A DNA stretch of 62,520 bases, counting the filler, from Circinaria calcarea (lineage: Eukaryota), in the NCBI GenBank assembly GCA_051942165.1. It is 21 parts of 21 records of this genome, joined end to end, with 100 filler letters (N's around TTAATTAATTAA, not from the genome) between each part and the next. Parts side by side here need not be neighbours in the genome. Positions count along the whole stretch, not along the records: positions 23,935 to 26,817 come from JAVECS010003189.1; positions 26,918 to 29,798 come from JAVECS010003190.1; positions 29,899 to 32,777 come from JAVECS010003191.1; positions 32,878 to 35,755 come from JAVECS010003192.1; positions 35,856 to 38,732 come from JAVECS010003193.1; 16 more parts are not named here. One strand, 5' to 3'. The notes under the pieces are model-generated. The model saw only the letters and a program-made list of their open reading frames with translations. It was not told the origin of the DNA and did no database searches. Within the stretch, counting starts at the first letter, position 1. The number at the start of each line of letters is the position of its first letter. Below, in pieces: positions 23,966 to 36,316 of this stretch. A program made the position numbers and the translations under genes.

Positions 23966-25626
23966 CTACTCCAAATGACTTCTCAACTCAGCAAACTTGC
24001 TCTTGAGCTCCGCGATCTCGGCATCAATAAAGTCTTCCAGCTGATGAGCAACGTCGACCTTCTTCACACTGTTGACGGGTCTGCCCTTGTTGATAATTTC
24101 TGTGAAATTGGATATCCCTCCACCGTTCCATGCGAGGAGCTAGCACCAAGTTAGCTACGTTGCCAATCTTATTTCAGAGAACTGGGAACTAGGACAACTC
24201 ACGTTCGCGGTGCCGTGTGGGACGTCTGTAAGAGCGCCTGGAGTGGCAATGGAGATGAGATTATCCTTCAACTGCTTTGGCGTAATCTCCGCAACAGCAT
24301 AGGCAGAATCTTTGGACGGTTGAAGCGACAGGAAATAGGCCAAGAGACCAGCGATATGGGGCGAGGCCATCGAAGTACCGGAGATGACATTGGTGGCATA
24401 CTTGCTTCCGATCCAAGTAGACTTGATATTGAGACCGGGAGCAAAGATGTCATTGCACTTTCCATAGTTGGAAAAGTAGGCCCGTTCGTCAGCGAGAGTG
24501 GATGCACCAACCGTTATGGCATTTTCAGCCGCGGCTGGGGAGGATTTGCACGAGTCGCCGTTATCGTTACCAGCAGCCACGGCGAAGTGGATACCCGCGT
24601 CGACGGCGGCGTTTACGGCAAGGTCAAGAGTGACGGACCTGCTGCCCCCGAGACTCATGTTGGCTGCACTTCCCTTGAAGCCTTTCTTACCCTTACCGTT
24701 CTTAGCATCGTCGACGTTCTTGGAATGACTGACGGCTGCCCATTCAACACCCTTGACGACATCGGACATGGTTCCCGAGCCGTTGGATTTAAGCACTTTG
24801 ACGGCGTATATGCTGGCTTTCTTGGCAACACCATACTTCTTACCGGCAACAGTGCCTGAGCAGTGAGTGCCGTGACCGTTACCATCCACGTCCTCATCAT
24901 TGGCGGGGATAGTCTTGCCCCAAGTCGCCCGACCTTCAAAGTCGACGTGGTCTACATTCGTACCGGTATCGATGACATAGACATCTACTCCTTCACCACC
25001 ATCGGCCGAGTACAGGTATTTGTTGAATGTCCCAAAGCTCAGACTGTCGCGGTGCGATATTCTCGCAAGTCCCCACGGGGAGTTTGCTTGCAGTTCACCC
25101 TCTCCCATCGTATGGACCTCAGAGTCCTTTTCAATGTAGGCGACCTGTTTGGTAGCCCAATCAGCACCAATGTCTAGACGCATAATCTGACCGCGGCCAA
25201 AGATAACAGGCACGTGCTACAGTTGCAATAGACAAGCGGCCATTTCGCCATACTCACATCTGGGTGCCTGCGAACTCGCTCAATCACGTCCTCATCAAAG
25301 TGACCCGAGTAGCCCAGGAGGCTGCCGGCAATGTTGTATGTATGCCTTAGACCTCCAAAGGTGTCCATCATCGGAATCTGCGACCGCTTTCTCAGCTCGG
25401 TCTTTGTATTCTCGGTCTCAAAGTGCAGGTCTTGCACCCAGTCGTGGTGGGCGGCTGCCGATGTCTGTGTGACATCTTTCTTGAAGATGACAATGTAGGA
25501 ATCGGGGACTTCCTTTGAGTCGGATGATGAGAGGATCGGCGCAGCTTCGTTGTGAATGGTATCGACAAAGATGGGTGACGCGCACGCCAGAAGCGGCAAC
25601 AGAGAGACGGCGAGGAGTCCCTTCAT
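23966..25626 (-). CDS. prb1: Vacuolar subtilisin-like serine protease (proteinase B/Alp2/PepC type, S8 with I9 propeptide), complete
   Basis: Signal peptide and I9 prodomain. Catalytic motifs YVIDTG, HGTHCSG and SGTSMASPH. Exons 25626-25258, 25144-24203 and 24139-23966 with canonical GT-AG introns; ends LLAWNGGG...RSHLE*. Confidence 0.95.
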
Positions 25627-26238
25627 AATGATGGCTGATGGGGAGATGTTCGTGAATGGATCAAAGTATATAAGAGAAGGAGGGAGGTAGGAGAGGAAGA
25701 GAATAGAGGATACAGGATAGAGGATAGATGGAGTCGTGGGTGAGAGTGGTGTTGACTGATAAGGGAGAGGGAGCTTGTGATCGTTCTCAGGCGGCAGGCG
25801 CTATGATTGCTTCGCCGACGACTGGTGGCTGGAGTCTATGAGGCTAATGCAGCTTCCGGTGTCTTACCGGGGGCTGGGGAGGCAGGGTCTTCGGATCGGT
25901 CAAATAGATCGGAACAGCCTGATCTGCGAGTCCAGTACCATAGCAATTGGCCGTTGCAGACTGGAGGGAGACACGATACCTCAGGTACCTTAGCTACGGC
26001 TACCGACTACACATCACCGTCACTGGGAAGTGCTTCTAGGAAACCGTTCTCTCCATGGATGGGACAAGATCTCACTGACGGTGACATGAAGAGAAAGTAT
26101 TGGCCGATATACCCCCACGCGTGACCTCGGAACCCATAGTGAAGGTGTCCCCATGGGTCATCGGAAAGCTCTCAAATGACTAGGTGTCGTTTTTAGAGGC
26201 AAGAAGAAGGCGAATCCGTATCGCCACTGTCGAGGAGT

Positions 26239-26817
26239 ATGGCAGTATCAGGCCTAAGAAGCCGTGCTGGAACCATCACGTACACAGAGTCGGAAGCCGC
26301 AGAGCTTGGCAGTCACATCGAGAGGTTAAAAGGGATTACAGCTGCTCCATCAGGTTTACTCGAAGATACGCAAGCCAGAACCGAATCCCTAAACTCCATC
26401 CGGCATTTCATTACTGCAAACGCCCAGCCGAACCATGCAAAGGATGCCTTTCGACACCTCAATGGCTTCCAGATGCTACTGGAGCTGGTGCGGGATACAG
26501 GTCAAAAGATGGCCGTTGGGAAATGCTCGAAGAAAGGGCTAGATGCCCTCCTGGAACTGTGTGATGTCATACTCGGCTTGTTGACTGCGGCTCTCGAGGA
26601 TCACTGGGGCAATCGCTGGTACTTCCGGACACGCGTTGAAGGCGGAGGATGGGTCTCACTGCAAACTCTCCTTGAGCCAATCCTACGGAATGTAGACAAG
26701 TATCAAGACAACGCTGGACTTGTTACTGAACGCCTTTTCGGCTCCCTTGTTGCATTCGCTCTGGCCGATTGGGGTTTAAAGCAGCTTTTCTCCACCCTCA
26801 GAAATCATATCGATAGT
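26239..26817 (+). CDS. Probable Beige/BEACH-domain protein N-terminus (Bph1/Lvs1-like), 3'-partial
   Basis: Helical ORF open to the contig end. KDAFRHLNGFQ..LL and AALEDHWGNRWYFRTRVEGGGW resemble N-termini of Pezizomycotina BEACH proteins as I recall them. The BEACH domain itself is not in the contig. Confidence 0.65.
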
Positions 26818-26917
26818 NNNNNNNNNNNNNNNNNNNNNNNNNNNNNNNNNNNNNNNNNNNNTTAATTAATTAANNNNNNNNNNNNNNNNNNNNNNNNNNN
26901 NNNNNNNNNNNNNNNNN

Positions 26918-27492
26918 CACCCCGAAGATGCTATTCACTTCTCCCCCGCACCCTACCATATCAGCCACGCCCCCCCCCTTTTGTCTTTTGCCCACGCACC
27001 CCCCTTTTTTATCACCGACGCATCCCTCGAATTTTTCCGCCGCCGGAAGCTTCGGAGATTTCGGACTCGCTCCGTATTGTAGTCTGTAGTTATCAGCTGG
27101 TGGTATTAATTCGATTAAAGCGCAAAGCGGCGCAGGAAGTAGAGGCAGCGTGGGCGTCGTTGAAGCCGTTAAGCAAACGTCGCAAGGTTATATTTATGCA
27201 GAATTAGTAGAATTATTAGCGAAAAACTAAGAAAAGAAGGAAGCTTAGCTGTAATAATTAATTAGAAATAAAGCACGAATTCCAGCACCTTCATAGCTCT
27301 ATATTACTTTCAATTTATAAGGTTGAATTTCATGCGAATAGTGTGGTTAGCACTTATTGGCGCCGGATTATCTATTTTCCGATTAATTTAAATATATTAC
27401 CGAGGGTGCGTGGGAATAATATATCAGGGTGCGTGGGCGAAAAAAAAGGGGGTGTGCGTGGGAGAAGTGAATAGCATCTTCGGTGTGCGTGG
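26918..27492. mobile_element. Foldback/MITE-like element with inverted arms and CCCACGCACC subrepeats (left arm cut by contig start)
   Basis: CCGAAGATGCTATTCACTTCTCCC (~26922-26945) is the exact reverse complement of GGGAGAAGTGAATAGCATCTTCGG (~27460-27483). Mirrored CCCACGCACC / GGTGCGTGGG subrepeats flank an AT-rich interior. Confidence 0.7.
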
Positions 27493-27990
27493 CAGATATT
27501 CGCCGATTATTATATATATATATTTTGCTGGAATATAGCCAGATTAATTCTGGGTTTTTGAAATTTTCGAAAGGGCTTCCGCGTACGATACAATACAATC
27601 ACCGCGTAAATAACTGTGAGGGAGCGGCCTCAGTTGATATATATAGCGGAGTGTAGTGAAGAATGTGAAGTTTTCTTAATACTATTGCGATACCGAGCTC
27701 ATGATCTATTTAATGTGTGTGAAATAGCTGTGGATTTGCTACATGGGAGACTCGCTACTTGTATATGAATGACACTAATGCTAGGCCTAATACGGTCCAT
27801 AGGGTGACTTCCAGCAGCTTCTGCTATACTGCTGCTCATGCCACCATCATTATCATTACCACCTCCAGTCTCAACAGCAGGTGCCTTGGCTGCTGTTCGG
27901 GCCTCCTTCTTTGACCTGGCTTGGGTAGGGTCAGCGTCACCGAAAAGAGCAGCAGCAGCGGAAAAGCCAGCAACACGAAGAAGTGGCTGT

Positions 27991-28080
27991 CAGTGCCAGT
28001 GCCAGTATCAATGCCAGTGCCAGTATGAATGCCAGTGCCAGTATCAATGCCAGTGCCAGTATCAATGCCAGTGCCAATGC
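27991..28080. repeat. 18-bp minisatellite (CAGTGCCAGTATCAATGC) x ~5 built from 6-mers
   Basis: Directly visible; source of the spurious CQYQCQ ORF. Confidence 0.9.
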
Positions 28081-28576
28081 GAGCAACACATTATTTTAGA
28101 AAAAGTTAGATATCGAGCTTGCGAAATGGCTTTCTGTTTGTCCTCAAGTCTTCTCCCTCTGTAACATGTAGTTGATGGCACTGTGGTTGGTAGAGCTCAA
28201 AATGGCGTGTAGCCCTATTGCCGAGGCCTCCTGTTGAAGTATATCTAAGCGCCATTTTTATGCAGCCGTCGATCGCCCCATCATTATCGATGTTGTTTCA
28301 TTATTTTGGTCGTAGGGAATGTGTCAAGCTAGAATTCGGTGCACGTGCCACCATGTTTCGGGTATATAGTACCCCCCAATTCACCTGCAATCTGCAGGTC
28401 TACACACCACGATTTTTGCCATTTCGTAGGGTTTGACAGAATGCCGGAAGTTTGCCCGGTTTAAATAATCCCGAAAGGAAGGGCGATGGGAAAATATCGT
28501 AAATTCGACGATGATAAAGACTGCTACAAGAAAAGCACATCTTCCCCAGAGCTATTTAAAAAATGTCAACGGTTAT

Positions 28577-28660
28577 TGTTAAGCTACGGCGTCACTATGA
28601 GGGCATCAACGAGTGAATAAGAGAATGATTTCTTATATTATGTGTATTCTGCTACACCCG
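28577..28660 (-). mobile_element. Dispersed repeat, putative LINE/SINE 3'-end remnant (second copy at 61130-61240)
   Basis: TGTTAAGCTACGGCGTCACTAT is identical at 28577 and 61156, with further similarity (ATCAA..GAGAATGATTTCT..TGTGTAT). Confidence 0.55.
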
Positions 28661-29429
28661 AGCCCCGAAGTTTAAAAAGTTTGACGATTATCCTCCGCAC
28701 AATTGCAAGTTAGTATACCATTAAAACTAGTGCTGTATCTTTTTGAGGTATCTTCGATCGCCGCGATCCTCGTCTTCATTCGTACTATGCGATATCGACC
28801 TGCTGAGGCTGGCTTCAGGAGCCGCCACCTGTTGATGGTGCTCGATGTGGACGGGCTTGTCCCCTCGGCGCGAAAGCTTCGCGATCCTCGGGCAGAAGAT
28901 GGAACCACGACCCGCTGCTATCTTACTCAGACAATGGCAGAAGATAAAGTATTATTACCTCCGCTCAGCCATATTAACAAGGGGCTTATAGCGACTCATG
29001 TTAAACTGGTGTCGTGATGGCAGTCTGCATGTTGTCGCAATGCTGATTGAGCTCTCCATAGAAGAGAAAGGGTCTCAAGAAGCTCCCTTTGTGTGTATAC
29101 AGGAACGAGCTGCATCCACTATTACTTGAGCTCAAAGACTGGGGCTTCCCTACCTATCACGGCTAATCAATGAAATAGAGGTCTCTATAATGCGTGAAGG
29201 GCTAAACAGCCTTGAAAACCGCACAGGTGACCAGCTCAAATCCCTCCTCCCTCCAAGCTCATCCAGCATTCCAGCAATGCCTGAAACAGCACCCGCAACA
29301 AGGCTTTGATTCTACCGCTTTCCAAACTCCTTGATCATCAACGACGAATTTACAACTCCATATGCCACAGAATCCACTTCTGAGTTCGAATATACCTGTA
29401 TCACGGTGTTCCTGCATTTACAGTCGCGC

Positions 29430-29798
29430 CGTAGAATGGCACTGGTCGTTCTTCCAGATAGAGATAAAGCGGCAGAGGCCGCGGATACGGCTCAGGGAAT
29501 AATTGTAGTCACGAATGCCTCGGAAACACATGGTGTAGTAGGAATAGGGGGAACGATACGCGACTCGCAAGAGGATAGCCCAGAGGAAGAAATGGTGAAA
29601 TATGCAGCCACGATAGGACCAAGGACCGAACAGAACCCATATTCGGCTGAGTTACATGCAATAGCTATGACATTAAACCGATAACTAGATATCGACAACA
29701 AGATGATCTTTATACAGACTAGCAATCAAGCCGCACTCCAAGCGCTTCACCGCCAAACCAACATTCAGGGCAAGCGAGCATTAGGCAGATATATGAGG
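29430..29798 (+). mobile_element. Degenerate non-LTR retrotransposon (Tad1-like LINE) RNase H-region fragment
   Basis: GVVGIGG...AATIGPRTEQNPYSAELHAIAMTL, then stop, TSNQAALQAL, then frameshifted HSGQASIRQIYE. This matches the RNase H region of fungal Tad1-clade LINEs. Confidence 0.75.
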
Positions 29799-30433
29799 NN
29801 NNNNNNNNNNNNNNNNNNNNNNNNNNNNNNNNNNNNNNNNNNTTAATTAATTAANNNNNNNNNNNNNNNNNNNNNNNNNNNNNNNNNNNNNNNNNNNNGT
29901 ACAAGGAGGAGCAGGTAGAAGCCACCGAGTCCCCAGCTCCGCGGTTTGGACCATGCCCGCCACGCATCGCCGCGGGGATCTCTCCAGATCACCCGCATAG
30001 TGTTCCTCCAATGGCTTCCTTGGCCTTTTGCTTTTTATCTCTCAGGACTTTCCCGCGGCATCATAAGACGGCACATTTGTGCAGCGATAAGAGAGGTCGT
30101 GCTCGATAAGAGACCTCGTTATCAGGGCAGGGGTCACAACGGAGAATGTATCCGCGCTACCCCTTTTACAGCTTAGATCTTATCCAATCCCGATCCTGCG
30201 TGTATTTCTCTTCATGGCCTTTGAATAAGGCATCTCCGCAGTATCTGTGGTCTGCTAAATCCCCTGGTCTACGCTAAGAATCATCATGGAGATAACGTAG
30301 AAAACGGCGCCGGTCTTGAAACGGGTAGATGGATCAGAACGCCAACTATGATGCTCATTAGACCCCCCGTAATATGCTGTATACGCCTAACCAAATGCAA
30401 ATCAAGTGACTCCGTCGCCCTTACGTGGAGACG

Positions 30434-32777
30434 TTAGAAGAACACCAACTGCTCGTCTCTCCAGCCCTGATCCCTCAACGCCACATGCATGCTCTTCTCC
30501 AACGCCTCCGGCCCACAGATCAAGATCATCGTACCCTCATCCCGCTGGCAATGCTTCTGCACCAACTCACCGTTGATCCTTCCCCTCAGACCATCCCAGG
30601 TGTCGGGTGCTTTCGTGAGTGTGTACAACACTTCCCCCCGTTTCTCATTGCCCTTCAGCAGATCGTCTAGATCTTCCTTGCAGAGTATGTCCTCTATCAA
30701 CCGGTTGCCGTTGAGGACAGTGCACTTGGTTTTGTCGTTACGATCGCGCATGATAGCCCGGAAAACCTGGAAGATCGGAGTAATGCCGCTGCCACCGCAA
30801 ATCATAACAAAGCGTTTGACGCTCCGGCGGCTCTCGTTGATGGAACACAGCCCTTTGCCCAGGTATTCAAATTTTCCAATGGGGCCCTTGAAGTCCACTT
30901 CAGCGCCGAGCGGAAGAGCCTCCATCGCCTTGGTCATTTGACCACCTTTGACTTGCGGAGTATCAAAGTAGACCTTGACTAGTACCTCCATGCGCCCCTT
31001 CATAGAAGTATCCGAAATCGGTGTGTATGAACGGATGATGGCTTCTTTGGTGACTGGGTCCCGCAGCCGGATCATGAGGTGCTTACCCACGGGCAGACCA
31101 AGTGTCTGGTTTTCATGCTCGAGCTTGAAAGTGAAAATGCGAGTATCCCAGGATACAATCTTCTTGGATTCGAGAATTGCCTTCGTCCAAGTGCGTGATT
31201 GAAGGAAGGTATCGCGCACTTCATTAGATTTCTCCGGCTCTACCTCGCCTTCACTCAAGACCAGCTTTGACGCTTCATCGAGAGATCCAATATGATAACC
31301 TGGCATCATTCCTTTGGCTGTTTCCGAGTCTGTTTCTCGATTAGCAATCGAATGACCGGCTATAGGACTCCGAAACATCACTTACGGATAGCCATGAACT
31401 CGTCGCTGCTGTCCATACCGGCCGCACTTAAGATACTTTGAGCCCCGCCAGGATGCTCCTTCATGAAACTGGTCCCGTCATAGACTTCCCCATTAACGAC
31501 AAACCATGGCTCTTTTTCGTTATCGTGCTTTCTTAACTCGTCAATTGTGATGATCCTATCTATACCCTCCTTTTTCATGATTACTTCTTTCACTTCGTCC
31601 TTCACTGATCTCTCTAAATCCTCTCCTCCAATGTTCTCGCCCCAATAACCATTCGTCAGATCCCCTCCTGCTTTTTTGACCCTTTCCATCCATCCTCCTG
31701 GCATCATAGCTGGTAGCGTTGGGTGTTCAAATCTCAGGTAGTCTCCTTCTTTGCTGATTGTTACCCGAAACCAAGGGTTGTTCATCATACCCAAGACGCT
31801 CCAGTACATATCTCTAGGCTGTATGCCCATAGCTTCGTCCATGGCCCTGACCAGCAGATCCTTCGCTCCTGACAACTCCGTCACAGGAATGTCCAAGGAC
31901 CAAAAACACCAACAATAACAGGTTTCTCTCTGTGTAAGGTCTAAACGTCCTCCGTATAAGTCAGCCTCGCCGGCTCGATAACGATCCTCGGGATATTCAA
32001 TGTCGGCCAATCGCCAGGATCGGCCTTTGTCCAGCGATATCTCCACCCTGGTGATCCGCCTGCCACCGCCACCGTATGCATATCCCTTTGCCCGATATCT
32101 TTCAGGGCCGTTCACTAAGCATAGCTGTTCCTCGTGCGCTGGATAAACGGTCGCGGAGTTCGTGCTTAAATCATAAATCGCATATCGTTCATCGGTCCAC
32201 CATTTGGGGTTATTTGCGGCTACTTCGGGGCTGATCATCGTTGGCAGAACCCGGTTGTCATATATATGGTACCAGTTGTCGCTGGGACGCTCGGTTACAA
32301 TCAACTTCTTTAGCCACTTGACACTTCGGGCTCCAATCATTCCTGGGCCTACGGCGCGAAGCGGTTTTCCATGGTCTGGCCGTAATATTTCGCCGTTCAT
32401 CATATGTGCTAGCATTATAGCCCGATTGGGGTCCATTACCCAGTTTAACTTTAGAGAAGTGGCGTAACAACCGTTTGGCTAATAGGGGGTTCTCAGCATG
32501 GCCCTCAATCATACCTCTATGATCGGGGGATAAGACTTACCAATTGATCTCCTCCCTCCATACACACGAACCTTGCTCCTCGTCTCGGCTTGGCTTTTCG
32601 GATGACATCCGCCATTAGAGCACCAGTAAATAAAGCAGTTGAAACACCTGCCGCGCCCCAGGAGAAGCCCTTGCTCTTTCGAACTTGATTTTGCTCCTTT
32701 CGTCGATTTCCAGCGCAGACTAGCGTGACAGGTAATGTTACCTGCTCGTACTGCGATATGAGTTGGCGTAATGTGAG
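30434..32777 (-). CDS. niaD: Assimilatory NAD(P)H nitrate reductase, 5'-partial
   Basis: Moco domain VTLVCAGNRRKEQN..GFSWGAAGVSTA, DHGKPLR..RSVKWL and MYWSVLGMMNNPWFRV; cytochrome b5 HPGG; FAD/NAD domains GLPVGKH, RSYTP, GGSGITPIFQV and LICGP. Introns near 31332-31385 and 32481-32540. Confidence 0.97.
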
Positions 32778-33368
32778 NNNNNNNNNNNNNNNNNNNNNNN
32801 NNNNNNNNNNNNNNNNNNNNNTTAATTAATTAANNNNNNNNNNNNNNNNNNNNNNNNNNNNNNNNNNNNNNNNNNNNCTTGATTGTTACGCACTGCTCTC
32901 TACCAAGACTCTCCTGCAGTATCTCCACTTCATTTCATCCCCGCTCTGCTTGACATTACTGGGTCTACATGCGTCTTTTATCGATGTATGGCATCGGATG
33001 CAGGGACTTGCCTGCCTATCATATTTTTGTGGTCCGACCACCCATTCAAGATAGTCGCCTGCAATGCAGATATTAGTCACACTAAATTCAGATAATTGGA
33101 CCTCGAGGGTTCCATGTCAGGTATCTATTCCTGAAGACAATCCCCAACACCATGCCAATCGAGCCAGCTAGCAACAGCTTCACCTTGAAGGGGTATTTCA
33201 TATAAGCACAGACCAAACGAGGAATTTTATGCGATAGCGGGCGCCTGAGATGTTCCTCAAGCCTTGAAGCAAAGCTAGGTCACTATATATCGGACTCACA
33301 TCTCAATAGTCCCTTCCCCGCCGTCTAGGCCAATTGAATCTACATAAGACCACTGTCGAGCTACAGTC

Positions 33369-35225
33369 ATGGATCATAGATGGCTAACAGTTACGACTGG
33401 CCTGGCTTTCTTAGGTCTGGCTTTAATCCTCGGCCGCCTCCTGCTTATCGGACGAAGGCCGGCAGGATATCCGCCAGGACCACCTACCCTTCCTATCCTT
33501 GGTAATATTCATCAGGTGGGTTCTAATGAGATCCATATCCTTCAAGGCACTGACCTCGATACTTTTAGATGCCCGTTAAAGATACTTATAAACAATTTCA
33601 GAAGTGGACTGAAGAATACGGCTCAGTATATTCTCTTATCCTCGGCACGCAAACGTTGATTGTCCTGTCAAGCGACCAAGCCGTTAAAGACTTGTTGGAC
33701 AAACGGGGTGGGATCTATAGTGACCGCCCAGATATGTACGTGGGACAAACGTTGGGCAGTGGGGGACTACGTTTTGTGATGATGGTCGGTTTTTTCATTT
33801 TCCTCACCAGAAACATTGTAAAAGTACTCATCTATGTAGCCCTATGGACCAACTTGGCGAATGGTAAGCTAGCTGCCTTATGGGGGAAATCAAATTGGGA
33901 GTGCCTTGGCTATACTAAACCCTAATTTTAGATTCGAAAATTGTCCCACGATCTGCTAAACATATCTATCGCCAAGTCTTATGTGCCTTATCAAAGCTTA
34001 GAGAATAAGCAAATGCTCTACGATATGTTAGGGCAACCTGAACTGTTTCTTGAAAACATTCGCCGATTCTCCAACTCTCTGACGACAAGCATGGTGTTTG
34101 GGTAAGTGGGGTACTTTGGGTTCTGCTGTTGAGATGCGCTGATATTGTTCGAGCTGGCGTACTACAACACACGATGATCCGAAATTGATCCAGCTGTTCG
34201 ATGGTTTCGGCGACTTTGCTGCTCTCAACGAGACTGGTTCTGCGGCGTTGGTAGATTGTTTCCCAGCTCTCCGCTGGCTGCCGGACTTCATTTTGCCAAC
34301 GCATGCCAAAGCTAAGAAGCTCCACAAAGCAGAAAAAGAGCTCTATCTCGGTCATTGGCTAAACGCTAAGAACAGCGTGAAAATTGGTACCGCCCGACCG
34401 AGCTTGTGCGTCAGCATGGCTCGACAGCAAGAAGAGTTAGGATTTAGCGATGATCAAGCAGCTTACATTTCAGGGGGACTCCTTGAAGCTGGCTCAGACA
34501 CAACATCAAACACACTATACGGGTTCATTCAAGCCATGGTGCTCTTCCCGGATGTACAAAGAAAAGCGCAAGAAGAGATTGACCGTATAGTTGGACCAGA
34601 TCGATTACCAAACGTGGACGACAGCCAAAATTTGCAATACATCCGTGGATGTATCAAAGAATCGCTTCGATGGATGCCTACTGCGATCCTTGGCATTATT
34701 CCCCACGCCCTCATGAAGGACGACGAATACATGGGCTATCGTCTTCCTAAGGGAGCTGGAGTGCTTCTCAACGTCTACAGCATCCACATGGACCCCAAAA
34801 GATATCCTCAACCCCGGGCATTCGATCCGGATCGCTACAAAGATGACTTTCAAACCCTAGCAGATTCGGCAACCAACCCGGACCCTTCCAAGCGTGACCA
34901 GTATACCTTTGGAGCTGGGCGGCGAATCTGTCAAGGTATGCACGTTGCGGAACGTAGTCTGTTTCTTGGGATTTCCACCTTGTTGTGGGGCTTTGACTTC
35001 TCACCTGCAGAAGACACAGATGGGCAACTGTTGATACCAGATCCTGAAAAACTAACCCAAGGTTTGGTGACTATGCCGGAGCCTTATGAGGCGAAGATAA
35101 CACCTAGATCTTCGCAGAAGGTGGAGATTATCAAAAGAGAATGGGAAGCTGCGCAGAACGAGTTGGATCCGGATACAAAGCAATGGAAACAGGCTCCAAA
35201 CAGAACAGCTTCACCTTTGTCTTGA
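33369..35225 (+). CDS. Cytochrome P450 monooxygenase (multi-exon, complete; resembles CYP530/CYP619-type fungal P450s)
   Basis: N-terminal TM anchor, PPGPPTLPILGNIHQ, I-helix AGSDTT, ESLR, PDRY and heme motif FGAGRRICQG. About four short introns in the 5' half. Confidence 0.95.
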
Positions 35226-36064
35226 TATTATTTTGCAGTGCGCCAGCGGTGTTGGGGCTGGTTTCCATGCCGGTATTCATCCTATATGATGGATCGGATC
35301 TTGCTTTCCGGAAAAGATAGTTGCCAATTCTGTGTTGCAACTAGCTTTCTTGCTGACCGCTAGTACTTTTTTCTCGATTTCACTTATTGCCACAGAAGTT
35401 GAAGGGAAGCTAAAAACACATTACCGATCTTTTTTCTCCTGAACCCGACCGTTATGATTGGGTTACCCGCTTCGTCATGTTCGCAAGCTTACCACCATGG
35501 CTTTGCCTAGCCAATACCAACGTGAACGTCATGTAAATAATTCCACTCCCCCCATTCGGAGAACCACCAATCCATTGTTGTTGTAAAACACCCAACTACC
35601 AAGCCACCCACGAAGAAAAAATCCCTCTCGTATTATTCACTATCCACAATGAATTTAAATGGTCCAGTGAATGTGTCACTTGTACAAAACTACAACTCGC
35701 TAGGTATACAGTACTACGGATTCCCAACCCCAACCCCCCCCCAAAACTCCAATTCNNNNNNNNNNNNNNNNNNNNNNNNNNNNNNNNNNNNNNNNNNNNT
35801 TAATTAATTAANNNNNNNNNNNNNNNNNNNNNNNNNNNNNNNNNNNNNNNNNNNNCCCCAAGTCTCCTGCTCCCCTTTACCGCATCTTCTGGCCTTTTTT
35901 TTTTCCGTTTCGGGGAGGGTGGAAAAAGAAACCTCGAGCATTACAATTCCATTACCCCACCAAATTGCAAAAGCCCAAAAACCCAAGAAAAAGAAAACAA
36001 ACCTATTCAGCACACCCTTCCCCCTCCAAAAAGATATCCGCCCCGAAAAAGGAAAAAGAGAAAC

Positions 36065-36316
36065 TCACCTCCTCCTCGTCTTGCTGTTCTTGCTGCCCTT
36101 GCTGCTTCCGTTGCTTCCGCCATTCAGCAGATTCTTCAAATAGTACATCGAGCCCCCCTCATTCTCCATGTCCTCGTGCGTCGGGCAGTCGGTCGCGTAC
36201 GTGTGGGTGCGCACCTCGTGGTGGCAGAGGCCGCCGGTGAGGCGCTGTTCGCACGCGAAGGTTTGCGTCGAGTGGTAGCAGCCGCAGTGGTAGGTGTTGG
36301 TGAGGGTGTAGCACAT
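36065..36316 (-). CDS. Small Cys/His-rich hypothetical protein (83 aa, MCx8CG start)
   Basis: GC3-rich coding island within low-complexity AT/purine flanks; ACAAAC-ATG context; MCYTLTNTYHCGCYHSTQTFACEQ..LCHHE..DCPTH. Confidence 0.55.
   Translation of the reverse strand: MCYTLTNTYHCGCYHSTQTFACEQRLTGGLCHHEVRTHTYATDCPTHEDMENEGGSMYYLKNLLNGGSNGSSKGSKNSKTRRR

Noticed and set aside
24215..24859. Long antisense ORFs (also 40656-41591, 30489-30941, 56629-57449, 15457-16047)
   Set aside because: Shadow or alternative frames of better-supported genes with GC3 bias.
27838..28164. CQYQCQ metallothionein-like ORF
   Set aside because: Produced by an 18-bp minisatellite; the flanking translation is not protein-family-like.
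8991..32777. areA and niaD (plus sidL, PPTase and P450) as a nitrogen or secondary-metabolite cluster
   Set aside because: They lie on different contigs ordered only by length, so co-occurrence is not linkage.
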